Shown here piece by piece: positions 28,041 to 38,119 of a stretch of DNA of 64,000 nt (positions are counted from its first letter, which is position 1; each line of letters starts with the position of its first letter). The translations under genes and the position numbers were made by a program. The DNA is from Candidatus Latescibacterota bacterium (lineage in GTDB: Bacteria; Latescibacterota; UBA2968): assembly GCA_965204375.1 (NCBI GenBank), contig OZ241986.1:5024001-5088000 (forward strand), given 5' to 3'. The notes under the pieces are model-generated. The model was not told the DNA's origin. It made no database searches and saw nothing but the letters and a program-made list of their open reading frames with translations.

Positions 28041-30500
28041 TCAGGCATTTCGGAAAAACTCAATACGCCTGTTAATATCCCTCGCCACCTCAAGAACCTC
28101 CACAGGTGCACGAACCATCTCGCCGGAACGCTGTCGTAAGGCAACAATAAGAGGTTCCAACGCATCGGATTTCCCCCTGGACAGGAGAATATCGACAAGA
28201 TCAGGCTCCGAGGCACCGTTTGCGATCAAATCGGGCACGAGTTGTAGTATCTCGTACATCATCGTCTCATTGTCAGGTAGGAACACCGCATACGCCGACT
28301 GAAACACATCCATAGCCATCCGTAGTCTGTTCCTTAGCAGCAGTGCCAAAGCATGGACATACTTTGCTCGCCATACAAACACCACCTTCTCATCGTCAGC
28401 CAACGCACCGAGTCTTCCCTCAAGCTCTTCACTTATGAGCATAGCTTCTTTCATACGCCCTACCTTAATTTGTATCATACCCTTTTGGGACAATGCCCAG
28501 GCGATCAGAACCCGGATCGCTGGCACATCGCTGGTACCAAAACGCTCGATCACTTCCTCATACGCAGATACTGCCAGCCCCAACTCTCCCAGTTGGGCTT
28601 GCAAATCTCCCTTTTGGGACAACGCATAGGCGACCATAAGCTGAATCCCCGATGCATCGCTGGAGCCAAAACGGGCAATCACCTCTTCATATACAGACAC
28701 CGCCAAACCCAACTCTTTCTGTTGGACTTGCAAATCTCCCTTTTTTAACAGCGCCAGAGCGACCGGAAACTGGAAATCGGGAGCGTCGCTGGTACCAAAA
28801 CGCTCAATCACCTCCTCATATGCCGACATCACCAACCCCAACTCTCCGAGTTCATATCGCGCTCTTGCCCCGTGGATCAATACGCGGGCCATCCGCGCCA
28901 GGAGTGTATGGTCGCTCGCGTCGTCGAAACGCTCAACCGTCTCATCGCAAACCGCGACCACCCTTTGGAAATCCTCCAATTTTTCATAAGCAATAGCCCT
29001 CATATGCAATATGTAGGCGACGAGAGACTCTGGCATCAGAGATGCATCCACGCTTCCTGAAGCGATAAAATGGTCCCCAATCTCGATAACCCTCTCGTAT
29101 TCTCTCTCATCGAGTGCCGTTTGGATCTCCTCTTTTAAACGCAGTTCCGCCGCAAATGGCGAATTTGCTGTCGCCCTGTCCGATATGTGTTCGATGGCCG
29201 ACCAGGCCACGCGCAAAAAATTGTCCTCAACCTGCGGTTGTTCGGCGAGCGCACGCTCAATACCCTCGCGAATAACCTTTGACTCCGCCGCCGCCAAACT
29301 CAGCCGACCAGACATCTGGTACAACTCGCCTATCCCGTAGAACGCCATCATGAAATGGATCAGATTCCTCATATCTGTCGCCTCGTCGCGCTCGCGCCGC
29401 AACTTGTAATAGATGCTATAGAGAGGTTCCCCTGCGGCGTACAATCGCTTCCTTCCAGCCCCCTCCACGACGACCGCACCCCGGTTGACAAGCCGACCGA
29501 GCATAGTCGATACGGGCCGAACCCCCATACGCGCCCGCGCCGCGATCTCGCTCGTACTCGACGGTCGCCAAAAATCAATCAACGCGAGATACACGCGGCG
29601 CTCGCTCCTGGGCAAAGCCTCCAGATAACCGCGAAAATACTCGGTATGCTCATCAACCAGCGTCACCAGTTCTTCCATCAACTGGCGCAACGACCTGTGC
29701 TGCGCGAACTCGGCAACCATAATCAGGAGGCGGGGATTGCCACCGGTCAGAATCTCGAGCGGCCTGATCTCCTGTTCAGTCACCGCATCGCCGCTGACCA
29801 CCTGCCACAGACGGCAACAGTCCTCGGTACTCAGCGGTTCCAGATCGACAATTCGGAACAACTCAAAAAACGGCTCCGCCGCATTTTCCAGACCCTCAAA
29901 GCGACTCGTCGCAGTAGCGATCAGCACGATCCGAGGCTCGGACTCCAATGCGCCGCGCAACTGCCAGCCAAAATCGTCATCTATATCTTCGCAGAGCGTT
30001 TGCAGGTTTTCGACCATAAGAACGAGTTTTTTGCCCAACCGGTCCGCCGCGTCCAGAACAGCGGCACGGGCGCGATCCGCGAGCGCATCCTCATCCCAGT
30101 GATCGGTCAGATCGGCATGCGCCTCTCGCAACTCCTGTGCGAGCGCGGAATCGTACTTGACGCTCTCCCGCGCAAGATAGAACAGCGTCTCGAGCCAAAA
30201 ATCTGCAAGATTGAATATCTCGTGACTCTCCTCCATAAACCGAACCGACAAAAAACACATAGAGAGTTCCTTATCAGCATTCAACTCCGCCGAGACGCGC
30301 GCGAGCAACATCGTCTTTCCCCGCCCCCGAGGCGCGACCACCAGAACGTGCTGGCACGATGGTGAACCGATATTTCTGCGCAGCACCCCAAGCACCGTAT
30401 CGAGTTCGTGTTTCCTCACCGCGAACTGATCAATCACCTCTTCGTCGGACTGGAACGTCCCCGGATTGAACTTGCGGATTGGACGATCAGACTTGTTCAT
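28041..30500 (-). CDS. AAA/STAND-like ATPase with wHTH and 43-aa TPR-like repeats
   Basis: APRGRGKT, MVENL, TGGNPRL, HTH (TSEIAARAR), three ELGL...YEEVI.RFG.SD repeats. Confidence 0.8.
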   Translation of the reverse strand: MNKSDRPIRKFNPGTFQSDEEVIDQFAVRKHELDTVLGVLRRNIGSPSCQHVLVVAPRGRGKTMLLARVSAELNADKELSMCFLSVRFMEESHEIFNLADFWLETLFYLARESVKYDSALAQELREAHADLTDHWDEDALADRARAAVLDAADRLGKKLVLMVENLQTLCEDIDDDFGWQLRGALESEPRIVLIATATSRFEGLENAAEPFFELFRIVDLEPLSTEDCCRLWQVVSGDAVTEQEIRPLEILTGGNPRLLIMVAEFAQHRSLRQLMEELVTLVDEHTEYFRGYLEALPRSERRVYLALIDFWRPSSTSEIAARARMGVRPVSTMLGRLVNRGAVVVEGAGRKRLYAAGEPLYSIYYKLRRERDEATDMRNLIHFMMAFYGIGELYQMSGRLSLAAAESKVIREGIERALAEQPQVEDNFLRVAWSAIEHISDRATANSPFAAELRLKEEIQTALDEREYERVIEIGDHFIASGSVDASLMPESLVAYILHMRAIAYEKLEDFQRVVAVCDETVERFDDASDHTLLARMARVLIHGARARYELGELGLVMSAYEEVIERFGTSDAPDFQFPVALALLKKGDLQVQQKELGLAVSVYEEVIARFGSSDASGIQLMVAYALSQKGDLQAQLGELGLAVSAYEEVIERFGTSDVPAIRVLIAWALSQKGMIQIKVGRMKEAMLISEELEGRLGALADDEKVVFVWRAKYVHALALLLRNRLRMAMDVFQSAYAVFLPDNETMMYEILQLVPDLIANGASEPDLVDILLSRGKSDALEPLIVALRQRSGEMVRAPVEVLEVARDINRRIEFFRNA

Positions 30501-30529
30501 TACACATTCCTCAGTATTTATTAAATCGT

Positions 30530-30635
30530 TGTCAACGAAACTGTTGACAAAATAATATTTGGAAAAAAAATGTCAACCAAATTGTTGACAAAAATAATAT
30601 AAGAAAAACTTTTGTCAACCAAATTGTTGACAAAA
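30530..30635. repeat. Three 20-bp palindromes TGTCAAC-N6-GTTGACA at 41-42 bp period
   Basis: Copies at 30530, 30571 and 30613, between divergent genes. Confidence 0.85.
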
Positions 30636-30786
30636 ACTAACCTGCTATATAAATCATTCTCTACCATTAAGATACGACATGAAATACCGCGCATTGCCAT
30701 TGCGCGAGCACTATACAAAATCGGCCTTGATAAATTCCAAGTCTCCATGTATCTTCATTGTATCTACTATTCAAAGGAGAAAAGAT

Positions 30787-31029
30787 ATGGAAACCCGTGT
30801 GCAGAAATGGGGCAATAGTTTAGCCCTGCGAATTCCCAAACCACTCGCTGTCCAAATCGGGCTTGAACCCAATTCACCGGTCGAATTATCGCTGCGTGGT
30901 AAGGAGTTGGTCATTGAACCTGTAAAGCCATCTGACTTGAAATTGGACGACCTTTTATCCCAGGTAACGGAACATAACTTACACGGTGAAGTAGATACTG
31001 GACCTGCGACAGGCGGTGAAATATGGTGA
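30787..31029 (+). CDS. mazE: AbrB/MazE antitoxin
   Basis: METRVQKWGNSLALRIPK...LDDLL..VT..NLHGEVDTG. Confidence 0.92.
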   Translation: METRVQKWGNSLALRIPKPLAVQIGLEPNSPVELSLRGKELVIEPVKPSDLKLDDLLSQVTEHNLHGEVDTGPATGGEIW

Positions 31030-31382
31030 CGCCAGACGAGTACGTTCCACAGCGCGGCGATGCGGTCTGGATCAACTTCAATCCACAAGCAGGACATGAG
31101 CAAGCCGGCCGTCGCCCCGCCGTTGTGCTCTCACCGGGAGCTTATAATGGCAAAACTCATTTGGCTATACTCTGCCCAATTACCAATCAAGTGAAGGGGT
31201 ATCCCTTTGAGGTCGTCATTCCCGCCGGGTTAAACGTGACGGGTGTTATTCTGTCAGATCAGGTCAAGAACATGGATTGGCGGACGAGGAATGCAACGCT
31301 GATATGTCCTTTGCCCGCAGAGATAGTGGATGCGGTTTTACAAAGAGTCGGAACGCTCCTATCAAGGGAACATGGACCGTGA
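31023..31382 (+). CDS. mazF: MazF endoribonuclease toxin
   Basis: YVPQRGD...NPQAGHEQAGRRPAVVLSP..YN, CPIT, KGYPFEV, DQVK.MDWR.R. Confidence 0.95.
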   Translation: MVTPDEYVPQRGDAVWINFNPQAGHEQAGRRPAVVLSPGAYNGKTHLAILCPITNQVKGYPFEVVIPAGLNVTGVILSDQVKNMDWRTRNATLICPLPAEIVDAVLQRVGTLLSREHGP

Positions 31383-31394
31383 TGGAAATACCAT

Positions 31395-31640
31395 TTGACC
31401 CATTTGTGCGAGACTGGCTATGTCGTAGATAGATGGGAAGCCGCTGGAAGAATCGGAACGCTCATACCTCTGGACTATATCCAATGGCTAAAGAGCCTGC
31501 ATATAAACTGGATCGGCCTATCCGTCGCGCTGCATTACGACGACAGCATGGACAGCACGGTCGAGTGCGTGTACGCATCAGATGTAGATATTCGCACTTT
31601 TACCGATGACGCACTCAGACGGCGTATGTGTCCTATATAG
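31395..31640 (+). pseudogene. Probable fragment of a larger gene
   Basis: Protein-like YIQWLKSLHINWIGLSVALHYDDSMDSTV, but short, TTG start and no clear RBS. Confidence 0.4.
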
Positions 31641-31646
31641 AAACCC

Positions 31647-34600
31647 CTACTCCTCCTCCACCGGCAACATCACCCTGAACGTCGTCCCCACGCCCTGTTC
31701 ACTCTCCACAGCGATTTGCCCATTGTGCTTGCGAACAATAGCATAAATAATCGACAACCCCAAACCCGTACCTCGGTCTGCATCCTTAGTCGTAAAAAAA
31801 GGCTCAAAAAGACGTTGCCGGGTCGCCCCATCCATCCCAACCCCATTATCCTCCACCTCGATAACAACCGCATCGTCCTCAGCCCGCGCCCGGATCCAGA
31901 TCCACTTATCGTAACCTATCCCCTCCATCTCAGCACGCTCATCCACTGCATCCCGAGCATTTGACAGCAAATTGAGAACCACCTGCTCGAGCGGATGCGG
32001 ATGTCCCCAGACCTCTGGGAGCGCATCAGAAAGATCCAGCACCAGATCAACCCCGTGATTCTCAAGCTGCGAACCCATCAACTTCAGACTGCTCTCAATC
32101 ACCGCATTCACATCCATCGCCTGGCGCGGCTCCTCGGACACATCGCGCGAGAACACGCGCAAGTGATCGACAGTACCCGCCATCCTGTTGACCACGCCTC
32201 GAACATCCTCCATCATCTCCCTCAACTCGTCCGTCTCAAACGGCACGCCCTCCATCAGCCGCAGGGAAATATCCCCAGTAGTTGTCTCGACAGCCGTCAG
32301 TGGCTGGTTGAGTTCGTGCGCCACACCCGCAACCATTTGCCCCAGCGACACCAGACGCGCGGACTGCAAAAGCTGCGTCTCGTTAGCAGATGCAAGATCT
32401 TCATTTGCTTTCCGCAATCTCCGATCCCTGACAATAATCCGCGAGACCAGAAAGCCCGTGAGAATCACAAACCCCGCAATCAACCCAATAAACCACGGAC
32501 GGCGCCACACCAGCGGAACAACATTGAATTGCACCAGCGACGGCACAGGATCTTCATTAAACGCCAGATCGCGCGCTTTAACCTCAATCGTATGCGCCCC
32601 CACATCCAGATTCTCAAAAGAACGGACCGTATTCCCGCCATAAGGCGACCACTCCCCGCCATCCAAACGATAGGCGAATTGCAAATCTTCGCGCAATGTG
32701 CTTCGCCAGAGATCTGTCCCTGTCCACGCAAAAGTTATCTCTCCATCCTCAGACACTTCATCCGGAGCAAGGGTCATCAGGGTCTCAGGTGGATCGGTCT
32801 CTGGCATATATCGGATAGTACGCAGAGTACAGGGTGCTACTATATCCCGAGATTCCGACCGTCTGTGCCAGGCATCTACATCAGATACAGAATTGAGCCA
32901 GAGTGTCCCGTCTCGAGACTGGAGAATCGGATCATAAAACTCTGTACGCGGAAAGTCAGGAGGCAAGGCATGTGGTACCCACGTACGCCCATCAAATCGG
33001 CTGACCCCCTCTGCTGTCCCCACCCAGATCGCACCGTCCCGATCCTGAAAAATGCTTCGCACCCTATTGTCCGCCAGCCCGTCTCCGTAATCGAACCGCA
33101 GCCACTCCGTCCCGTCATACCGAAACACCCCATAAGTTCGAGAACCCAACCACAGATCGCCCCGTGGCGTAGTATAAACGGCATCAATAAAATCTTCAAC
33201 CAACACCCCTGGACCCGTGAACGGCACTCTTCGCACCCCATCAAAGCCGAACAACTGCCCCCCAAACCACAAAATCCCATCAGAACTCTGCCCGATCCCA
33301 CGAGCATAATGCGTCATACCCGGAGCAGTGTGATGTGTCCAACTCGTCCCATCGAAAACCACGACCCCACCGAGAAAGCCATATAACCACCAATCCGCAG
33401 CCGCGGCAAACCACAAAGAGCCATCAAACGCTTCATAAACCGAACGCGGATCAACACTCCAGGAAAGCTGGGGATGGCGTTTAAGAATCCATACAGAACC
33501 ATCCAGCCGGGCTGTAGCCGCGACATGCTCATGGCTGCCTGCAGCCCAAAGCGCGCCATCTCGCGTCGCGATAAGCTTACTCGGCGTATCCATCAAGCCA
33601 TCTTCCAGGCCAAACCTCGTCCACCCCTGCTCATCGTAACGCACAACACCGTTATCCTGTGAGATAAACCACTGTGCTCCAGGCGTATCGCACTGAAAGA
33701 TGAGACCCTCATAAGTCTGCGTCTGGTTCTCACTCAAATCCAGACGCACAGCTTCCTCTCCCCTTCCCATAATCCAGAGCGCGCCGTCCGTGGCTTCGTG
33801 GAGTTCCGTGTGATGCGAAGACACGCTCGAATCATAGACGCGCCACGCACCATCCTTATGGGCAATCAAACGGCTACCACCAATCCAGAGCGTCCCATCC
33901 CCACTTTCCACAATAGACGTATAATGGTGATCGCGACCCAGACCACCAATTTCGAGCGCTTCCCACTTCTCGCCATCAAACCGGTTGACGCGCTTGCTAT
34001 TATCGCCATACACGGCCCAAACAACGCCATCTGTTGTCACACAGATCCTCGGATACATCCCCTGATCGATCCCATCTTCCCTACTGAAACGCCGATAGCC
34101 CGATGCAAAATCAAACCGAATCAAATCGCCATAATACGTCCCAAACCAGATCGCTCCGTTGGACCCTTCACACACATCATAAACCATCAACCTTCGATTG
34201 TCCAAAACGCGCTCTGGAACAGCAACAAAAGTCACGGCATCGGATACCATCTCCCGAACATCCGTTGTATCCTCCGCAGCCACATACAGCCTTGCCCCCT
34301 CAAGCGTCAACCTGAGCGCACCCCATTCCGTACCCGCCCACAAGCTCCCATCCTGGGCCTCCATCAAATCATAGGTATTCCATTCTCCCCCCGATGGAAA
34401 TACCCGTTCCCACGTCCCATTCTCAAAACGACTAATACCCCGGTCAGATCCCACATAAACACTTCCATCCCGAGCGACATAAAGCGCGTTGATCTGCGCC
34501 CCAACCATCCCCTCATCAAACGGAAAGAGATGCCAGTTCATCCCGTCGTAGCGATAAATACCATTATCCGTCCCAAATAAAAAATTGCCATCTCCATCCT

Positions 34601-34766
34601 GCGCCAAACACGACGCCCCTTGCCCCTTCAATTCTGGAAAAGATCGCCAGCGCCAGGACTCATGCACCGGATCTGCATGACGAGGTGTAAAAGGCTCTGC
34701 CGCAAAACACGCACTCGCGCCCACGAGCATCAGGAGAATCAGACATCTTGCGTATTGATCAATCAT
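31647..34766 (-). CDS. Sensor histidine kinase with periplasmic beta-propeller and Y_Y_Y domain
   Basis: Reg_prop repeats (DGSLWAGT, DGL), AYRLDGGEWS, TM, HELNQPL H-box, N/G1/F/G2 boxes. Confidence 0.92.
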   Translation of the reverse strand: MIDQYARCLILLMLVGASACFAAEPFTPRHADPVHESWRWRSFPELKGQGASCLAQDGDGNFLFGTDNGIYRYDGMNWHLFPFDEGMVGAQINALYVARDGSVYVGSDRGISRFENGTWERVFPSGGEWNTYDLMEAQDGSLWAGTEWGALRLTLEGARLYVAAEDTTDVREMVSDAVTFVAVPERVLDNRRLMVYDVCEGSNGAIWFGTYYGDLIRFDFASGYRRFSREDGIDQGMYPRICVTTDGVVWAVYGDNSKRVNRFDGEKWEALEIGGLGRDHHYTSIVESGDGTLWIGGSRLIAHKDGAWRVYDSSVSSHHTELHEATDGALWIMGRGEEAVRLDLSENQTQTYEGLIFQCDTPGAQWFISQDNGVVRYDEQGWTRFGLEDGLMDTPSKLIATRDGALWAAGSHEHVAATARLDGSVWILKRHPQLSWSVDPRSVYEAFDGSLWFAAAADWWLYGFLGGVVVFDGTSWTHHTAPGMTHYARGIGQSSDGILWFGGQLFGFDGVRRVPFTGPGVLVEDFIDAVYTTPRGDLWLGSRTYGVFRYDGTEWLRFDYGDGLADNRVRSIFQDRDGAIWVGTAEGVSRFDGRTWVPHALPPDFPRTEFYDPILQSRDGTLWLNSVSDVDAWHRRSESRDIVAPCTLRTIRYMPETDPPETLMTLAPDEVSEDGEITFAWTGTDLWRSTLREDLQFAYRLDGGEWSPYGGNTVRSFENLDVGAHTIEVKARDLAFNEDPVPSLVQFNVVPLVWRRPWFIGLIAGFVILTGFLVSRIIVRDRRLRKANEDLASANETQLLQSARLVSLGQMVAGVAHELNQPLTAVETTTGDISLRLMEGVPFETDELREMMEDVRGVVNRMAGTVDHLRVFSRDVSEEPRQAMDVNAVIESSLKLMGSQLENHGVDLVLDLSDALPEVWGHPHPLEQVVLNLLSNARDAVDERAEMEGIGYDKWIWIRARAEDDAVVIEVEDNGVGMDGATRQRLFEPFFTTKDADRGTGLGLSIIYAIVRKHNGQIAVESEQGVGTTFRVMLPVEEE

Positions 34767-35476
34767 CTCAACGAATTTGAAGCGTATGACTTTCTCCTCG
34801 AAAACGGAATAAACAGCACGTAAAATAACACCAGCGCCATGCTATCGAGGAAAAGGAGATACCACGGCCAGGGCAAAAAGAAAAAAGGCGATTTTGTAAT
34901 GGGTGGTTGGCAGAGGAACATATAATTACTCCCCAGCATCAAATTGACGCCAATCAAAACAACAGCCAGAACATTCAGCAAAACAAAAACGCGCAAAACC
35001 GATCTCGCTGTCGGCCGCATGCCCAGGCCCCATGTGGCGAACAGCGCAGCAGCGACAATACCGCCATGCGCGATAAAATATTGAAAAAAGCGATACTGCG
35101 GAAAGCCGAACTCAAGCTGCGGCGTCACAACCGCATTCGTCGCGCCCACAAGCCCCCAGAAATACGCGATCTCATAAGCTGTCTGCCGCCGAAAAACGAG
35201 CATAACCACAACGGCAAAAACAGTAATACCGCACACATGCAACGGCATATACTCCCGCACGAACTCGTGCACCCCAACCGTCGCTATGCGATGGCTCCAG
35301 TTCAGCACCTCGTTGACCGCAATCACCCCTGCAAACCCATAGCAGATCGCCTGGATCGCCTTCGCCGAATCCAGCCACTTAACAACAAGCGTCAAAACAA
35401 TCGGCACGGCGAGAATGACGCCCATCGCGGCGATGTGGGCAAAACCAAAAAATTCAAACTGGCTTGAAGGCATCAT
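34763..35476 (-). CDS. YwaF/TIGR02206-type integral membrane protein
   Basis: MPLHVC, FFQYFIAHG, NYMFL..PP, PWPWY. Confidence 0.85.
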   Translation of the reverse strand: MMPSSQFEFFGFAHIAAMGVILAVPIVLTLVVKWLDSAKAIQAICYGFAGVIAVNEVLNWSHRIATVGVHEFVREYMPLHVCGITVFAVVVMLVFRRQTAYEIAYFWGLVGATNAVVTPQLEFGFPQYRFFQYFIAHGGIVAAALFATWGLGMRPTARSVLRVFVLLNVLAVVLIGVNLMLGSNYMFLCQPPITKSPFFFLPWPWYLLFLDSMALVLFYVLFIPFSRRKSYASNSLR

Positions 35477-35488
35477 TTCTCCATCTAT

Positions 35489-36306
35489 CTATTTCACATT
35501 CACAGTCACCCGGTTATTCACCCGCGTAATCTCTTCCAATTTTTCCTCGGGATCGAGAACCACGGTAACAGCATCCGGCATATCAGAACCCATCGAAAAC
35601 GCGACTGCCCGGGTCACATCCCCTGTGTACATCGCCAGCAAATGCTCAGCCCCTCGCACAAACACGCGATCCGTACAAAATCGGGATCAACCGGCTCTAA
35701 ACGACCACCCACCCGTTGAAACAAATGGGGATAGCTGAGGCGCAACGCCACGCACATCAACCCCACCCGCTGCGACTCATAGAGCTTGCCACTGCCCACA
35801 CCCTCAACGCGAATCAGCACAGAATCTCCCGACACAGACACCGGAAAACGCAACAGTGCCGGTGGCGTTTGATCCCACCCCCTCTGGCGCATCGGGTTAT
35901 CCCTGGTACGCGCCGCAAAAACGCCATTCACATAAACCTGTAGCGACCGCGCATCCGGACCATCGGGCACACCGACTTCAGCCATATAATACCCCGCTGG
36001 CACATCCACTCGAAACACCAGCCCCTCTCGCGCATAGTCTCGACGCCCGTAACGCCCACCAACACCATCCGTCAACAACGCGCCAAACCGGGAAAACGCC
36101 TGGTCAACTTCAACCGAACCGGAAACCCGCGAGATAAACCCATACCCGCGTTCGGCTGTATAAACATCCTCTGGCGTCACCCTTATATAGCCCGATACCA
36201 CCTTTGAATCTGCAGCACCCATATCGAACAAATAGTTCTTCAACTCATCGGCACTCGCCAAACCTGTCCCGATCACAATACCTGTAAACAGAATTAAAAT
36301 CCACAT
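35489..36306 (-). pseudogene. Frameshifted/deleted secreted carbohydrate-binding-like gene
   Basis: Signal peptide plus FDMG..DS....GY..VT....YT.ERGYGF; an out-of-frame tail VVLDPEEKLEEITRVNNRVTVNVK ends at 35489. Confidence 0.55.
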
Positions 36307-36374
36307 ATATTACCTCTGTTAAACTGAGTGTTTAAGCCCCTTTTCTTCAAAATATGAAAAAATTGAACAATCAT

Positions 36375-36403
36375 TAAAACTTTTCGCCCCAACCAAACGT
36401 CTT
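36375..36403 (+). promoter_or_regulatory. Putative ECF-type autoregulatory promoter
   Basis: AAAC-N17-CGTC upstream of the ECF sigma gene. Confidence 0.45.
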
Positions 36404-36446
36404 GAAAGGTGAACATCACACAAAACCCCAACACGGTCTCTCATTG

Positions 36447-37007
36447 ATGAACGATGCGGAATTGATTGCCCAGTTCCGAGCCGGGCAAATCGCGGCCTTT
36501 AACACCCTGGTCAAACGCTGGGAGTGCCCGATCTACAACTTTGTCCTGCGCTATGTGGGCAATCGAGACGACGCGCGCGACCTGTGTCAGCAAACCTTTA
36601 TTCGCGTGTACAAAAACATGCGGCGTCTGCGCGACCCCGACAAATTCACTTCCTGGATCTATCAAATCGCGCTCAACGCCTGCCGAGATGCTGGCCGCCG
36701 TCGCAGCCTCGTCTCCCTCGACACACTCGACATCCCCATAGCAGACACAACATCTCCCCCAGACGCGCTGATACACGAACAAAGCGTTCGGGACTTGCTC
36801 AACCGCGCACTGCAAAATCTGCCTGAGGAACAGCGCGTCGTCATCATCATGAAAGAATATCAGGGACTCAAATTCACCGAAATTGCCGAAACACTCAAAG
36901 TGCCCCTCAACACCGTCAAATCCAGAATGTATTACGGCCTCTCTGCCCTGAAGAAAATTTTTGACCGCTGGCACATCAGCGAGGACATGGTGCGTTATGA
37001 ACTGTGA
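36447..37007 (+). CDS. ECF RNA polymerase sigma factor
   Basis: DARDLCQQTFIRVY, FTSWIYQIALN, EIAETLKVPLNTVKSRMYYG. Confidence 0.93.
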   Translation: MNDAELIAQFRAGQIAAFNTLVKRWECPIYNFVLRYVGNRDDARDLCQQTFIRVYKNMRRLRDPDKFTSWIYQIALNACRDAGRRRSLVSLDTLDIPIADTTSPPDALIHEQSVRDLLNRALQNLPEEQRVVIIMKEYQGLKFTEIAETLKVPLNTVKSRMYYGLSALKKIFDRWHISEDMVRYEL

Positions 37008-37752
37008 CATCACCCGCGAACAACTCATCGCCTACCTCTACGACGAAGACATCCGTCCAAACGAGCGTGAACGCCTCAAAGTTCACATCGAAACCTGCCC
37101 GTCATGCAGCCAAACCCTTGAAGAACTGGGCAGCACATCCCGCATCCTCAATGCCTGGGGCGACGAAAAACCCAGCCTGGATCTCGTCTTCGTACAGGAG
37201 CGCCAACCCCTCTGGCAAAACCTGCTTCCCACGCGATATCCCAAAACCTGGGTGGGCGTAGCCATTGCCGCAATCCTCATCTTCACTTTTCTCAACATCG
37301 AATTTGCCATACGAGACGGCGCATTCCACGCCGCCATTGGCCTGCGGTCCAGTGATCCACCTGAACAAATCGCCATCGCCGACACCTCTGAAGTCATCTC
37401 ATTGGACGCCCCCATCACGCGCGGTGAATTTATCATCCATCAACAAAATCTGATCGACTACACCAATCGCCTCGTCCAAACATCGCAAAACCAGCAGCGC
37501 GCTGAAGTCAACAACACCTTCATCCGCCTCGTAGGCGAACTCGAAACCCAGCGCCAACAGGACCTCTTGCGCATTGACCGCGGGCTACAGATCCTCTACA
37601 ACGCGCAGGAAAACCGCTATGGACATATCCTGACACAGATGGACTCTGTTAAAAAACAACTGTTCTTCTATGATAACGCAGCTGAAGTTCTCATCGTACC
37701 TGAAGATAACCGACCATACCGCACGATTCCCACAGGAAGAAAAACCCCATGA
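36997..37752 (+). CDS. Zinc-finger (HxxxCxxC) transmembrane anti-sigma factor
   Basis: C...LIAYLY...HIETCPSC, TM helix, overlaps the sigma stop codon. Confidence 0.85.
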   Translation: MNCDITREQLIAYLYDEDIRPNERERLKVHIETCPSCSQTLEELGSTSRILNAWGDEKPSLDLVFVQERQPLWQNLLPTRYPKTWVGVAIAAILIFTFLNIEFAIRDGAFHAAIGLRSSDPPEQIAIADTSEVISLDAPITRGEFIIHQQNLIDYTNRLVQTSQNQQRAEVNNTFIRLVGELETQRQQDLLRIDRGLQILYNAQENRYGHILTQMDSVKKQLFFYDNAAEVLIVPEDNRPYRTIPTGRKTP

Positions 37753-38105
37753 AGCGCAAACTCAAAAAACTCACAGTATTGATGACAGCGCCGATCATGC
37801 TATCCCTCGTCTGGAATATTCACGCATCTGACAAAACGCTATCATCGGACACACGGGTAAAAATCGCGCAACCCGATACAATATCAGTGCCTCATACGAC
37901 ACAACTCGATTCCTTAGCCAGGATAATCTCCGATTCTATGCGCGTGAGAATTCTTATCTCAGAACGCCATAACCCCAACACCCGCGACCTGCTTCTCCGG
38001 CCGGCTGACAAAGCCATCTACACCACAAGCGACCTGCTTTTAAGACCCAATGACAACATAAATTCTATATTTATCTTGCACCATACCATGCCTGTACAAC
38101 ACTAA
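37749..38105 (+). CDS. Hypothetical secreted protein
   Basis: Signal peptide, coupled start, internal DLLLRP duplication. Confidence 0.55.
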   Translation: MKRKLKKLTVLMTAPIMLSLVWNIHASDKTLSSDTRVKIAQPDTISVPHTTQLDSLARIISDSMRVRILISERHNPNTRDLLLRPADKAIYTTSDLLLRPNDNINSIFILHHTMPVQH

Positions 38106-38119
38106 AAGGAGATATTTCA

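Noticed and set aside
30530-30635. Possible mini-CRISPR array
   Set aside because: Linkers are only about 21 bp and similar to each other, and there are no cas genes; better read as a tandem operator
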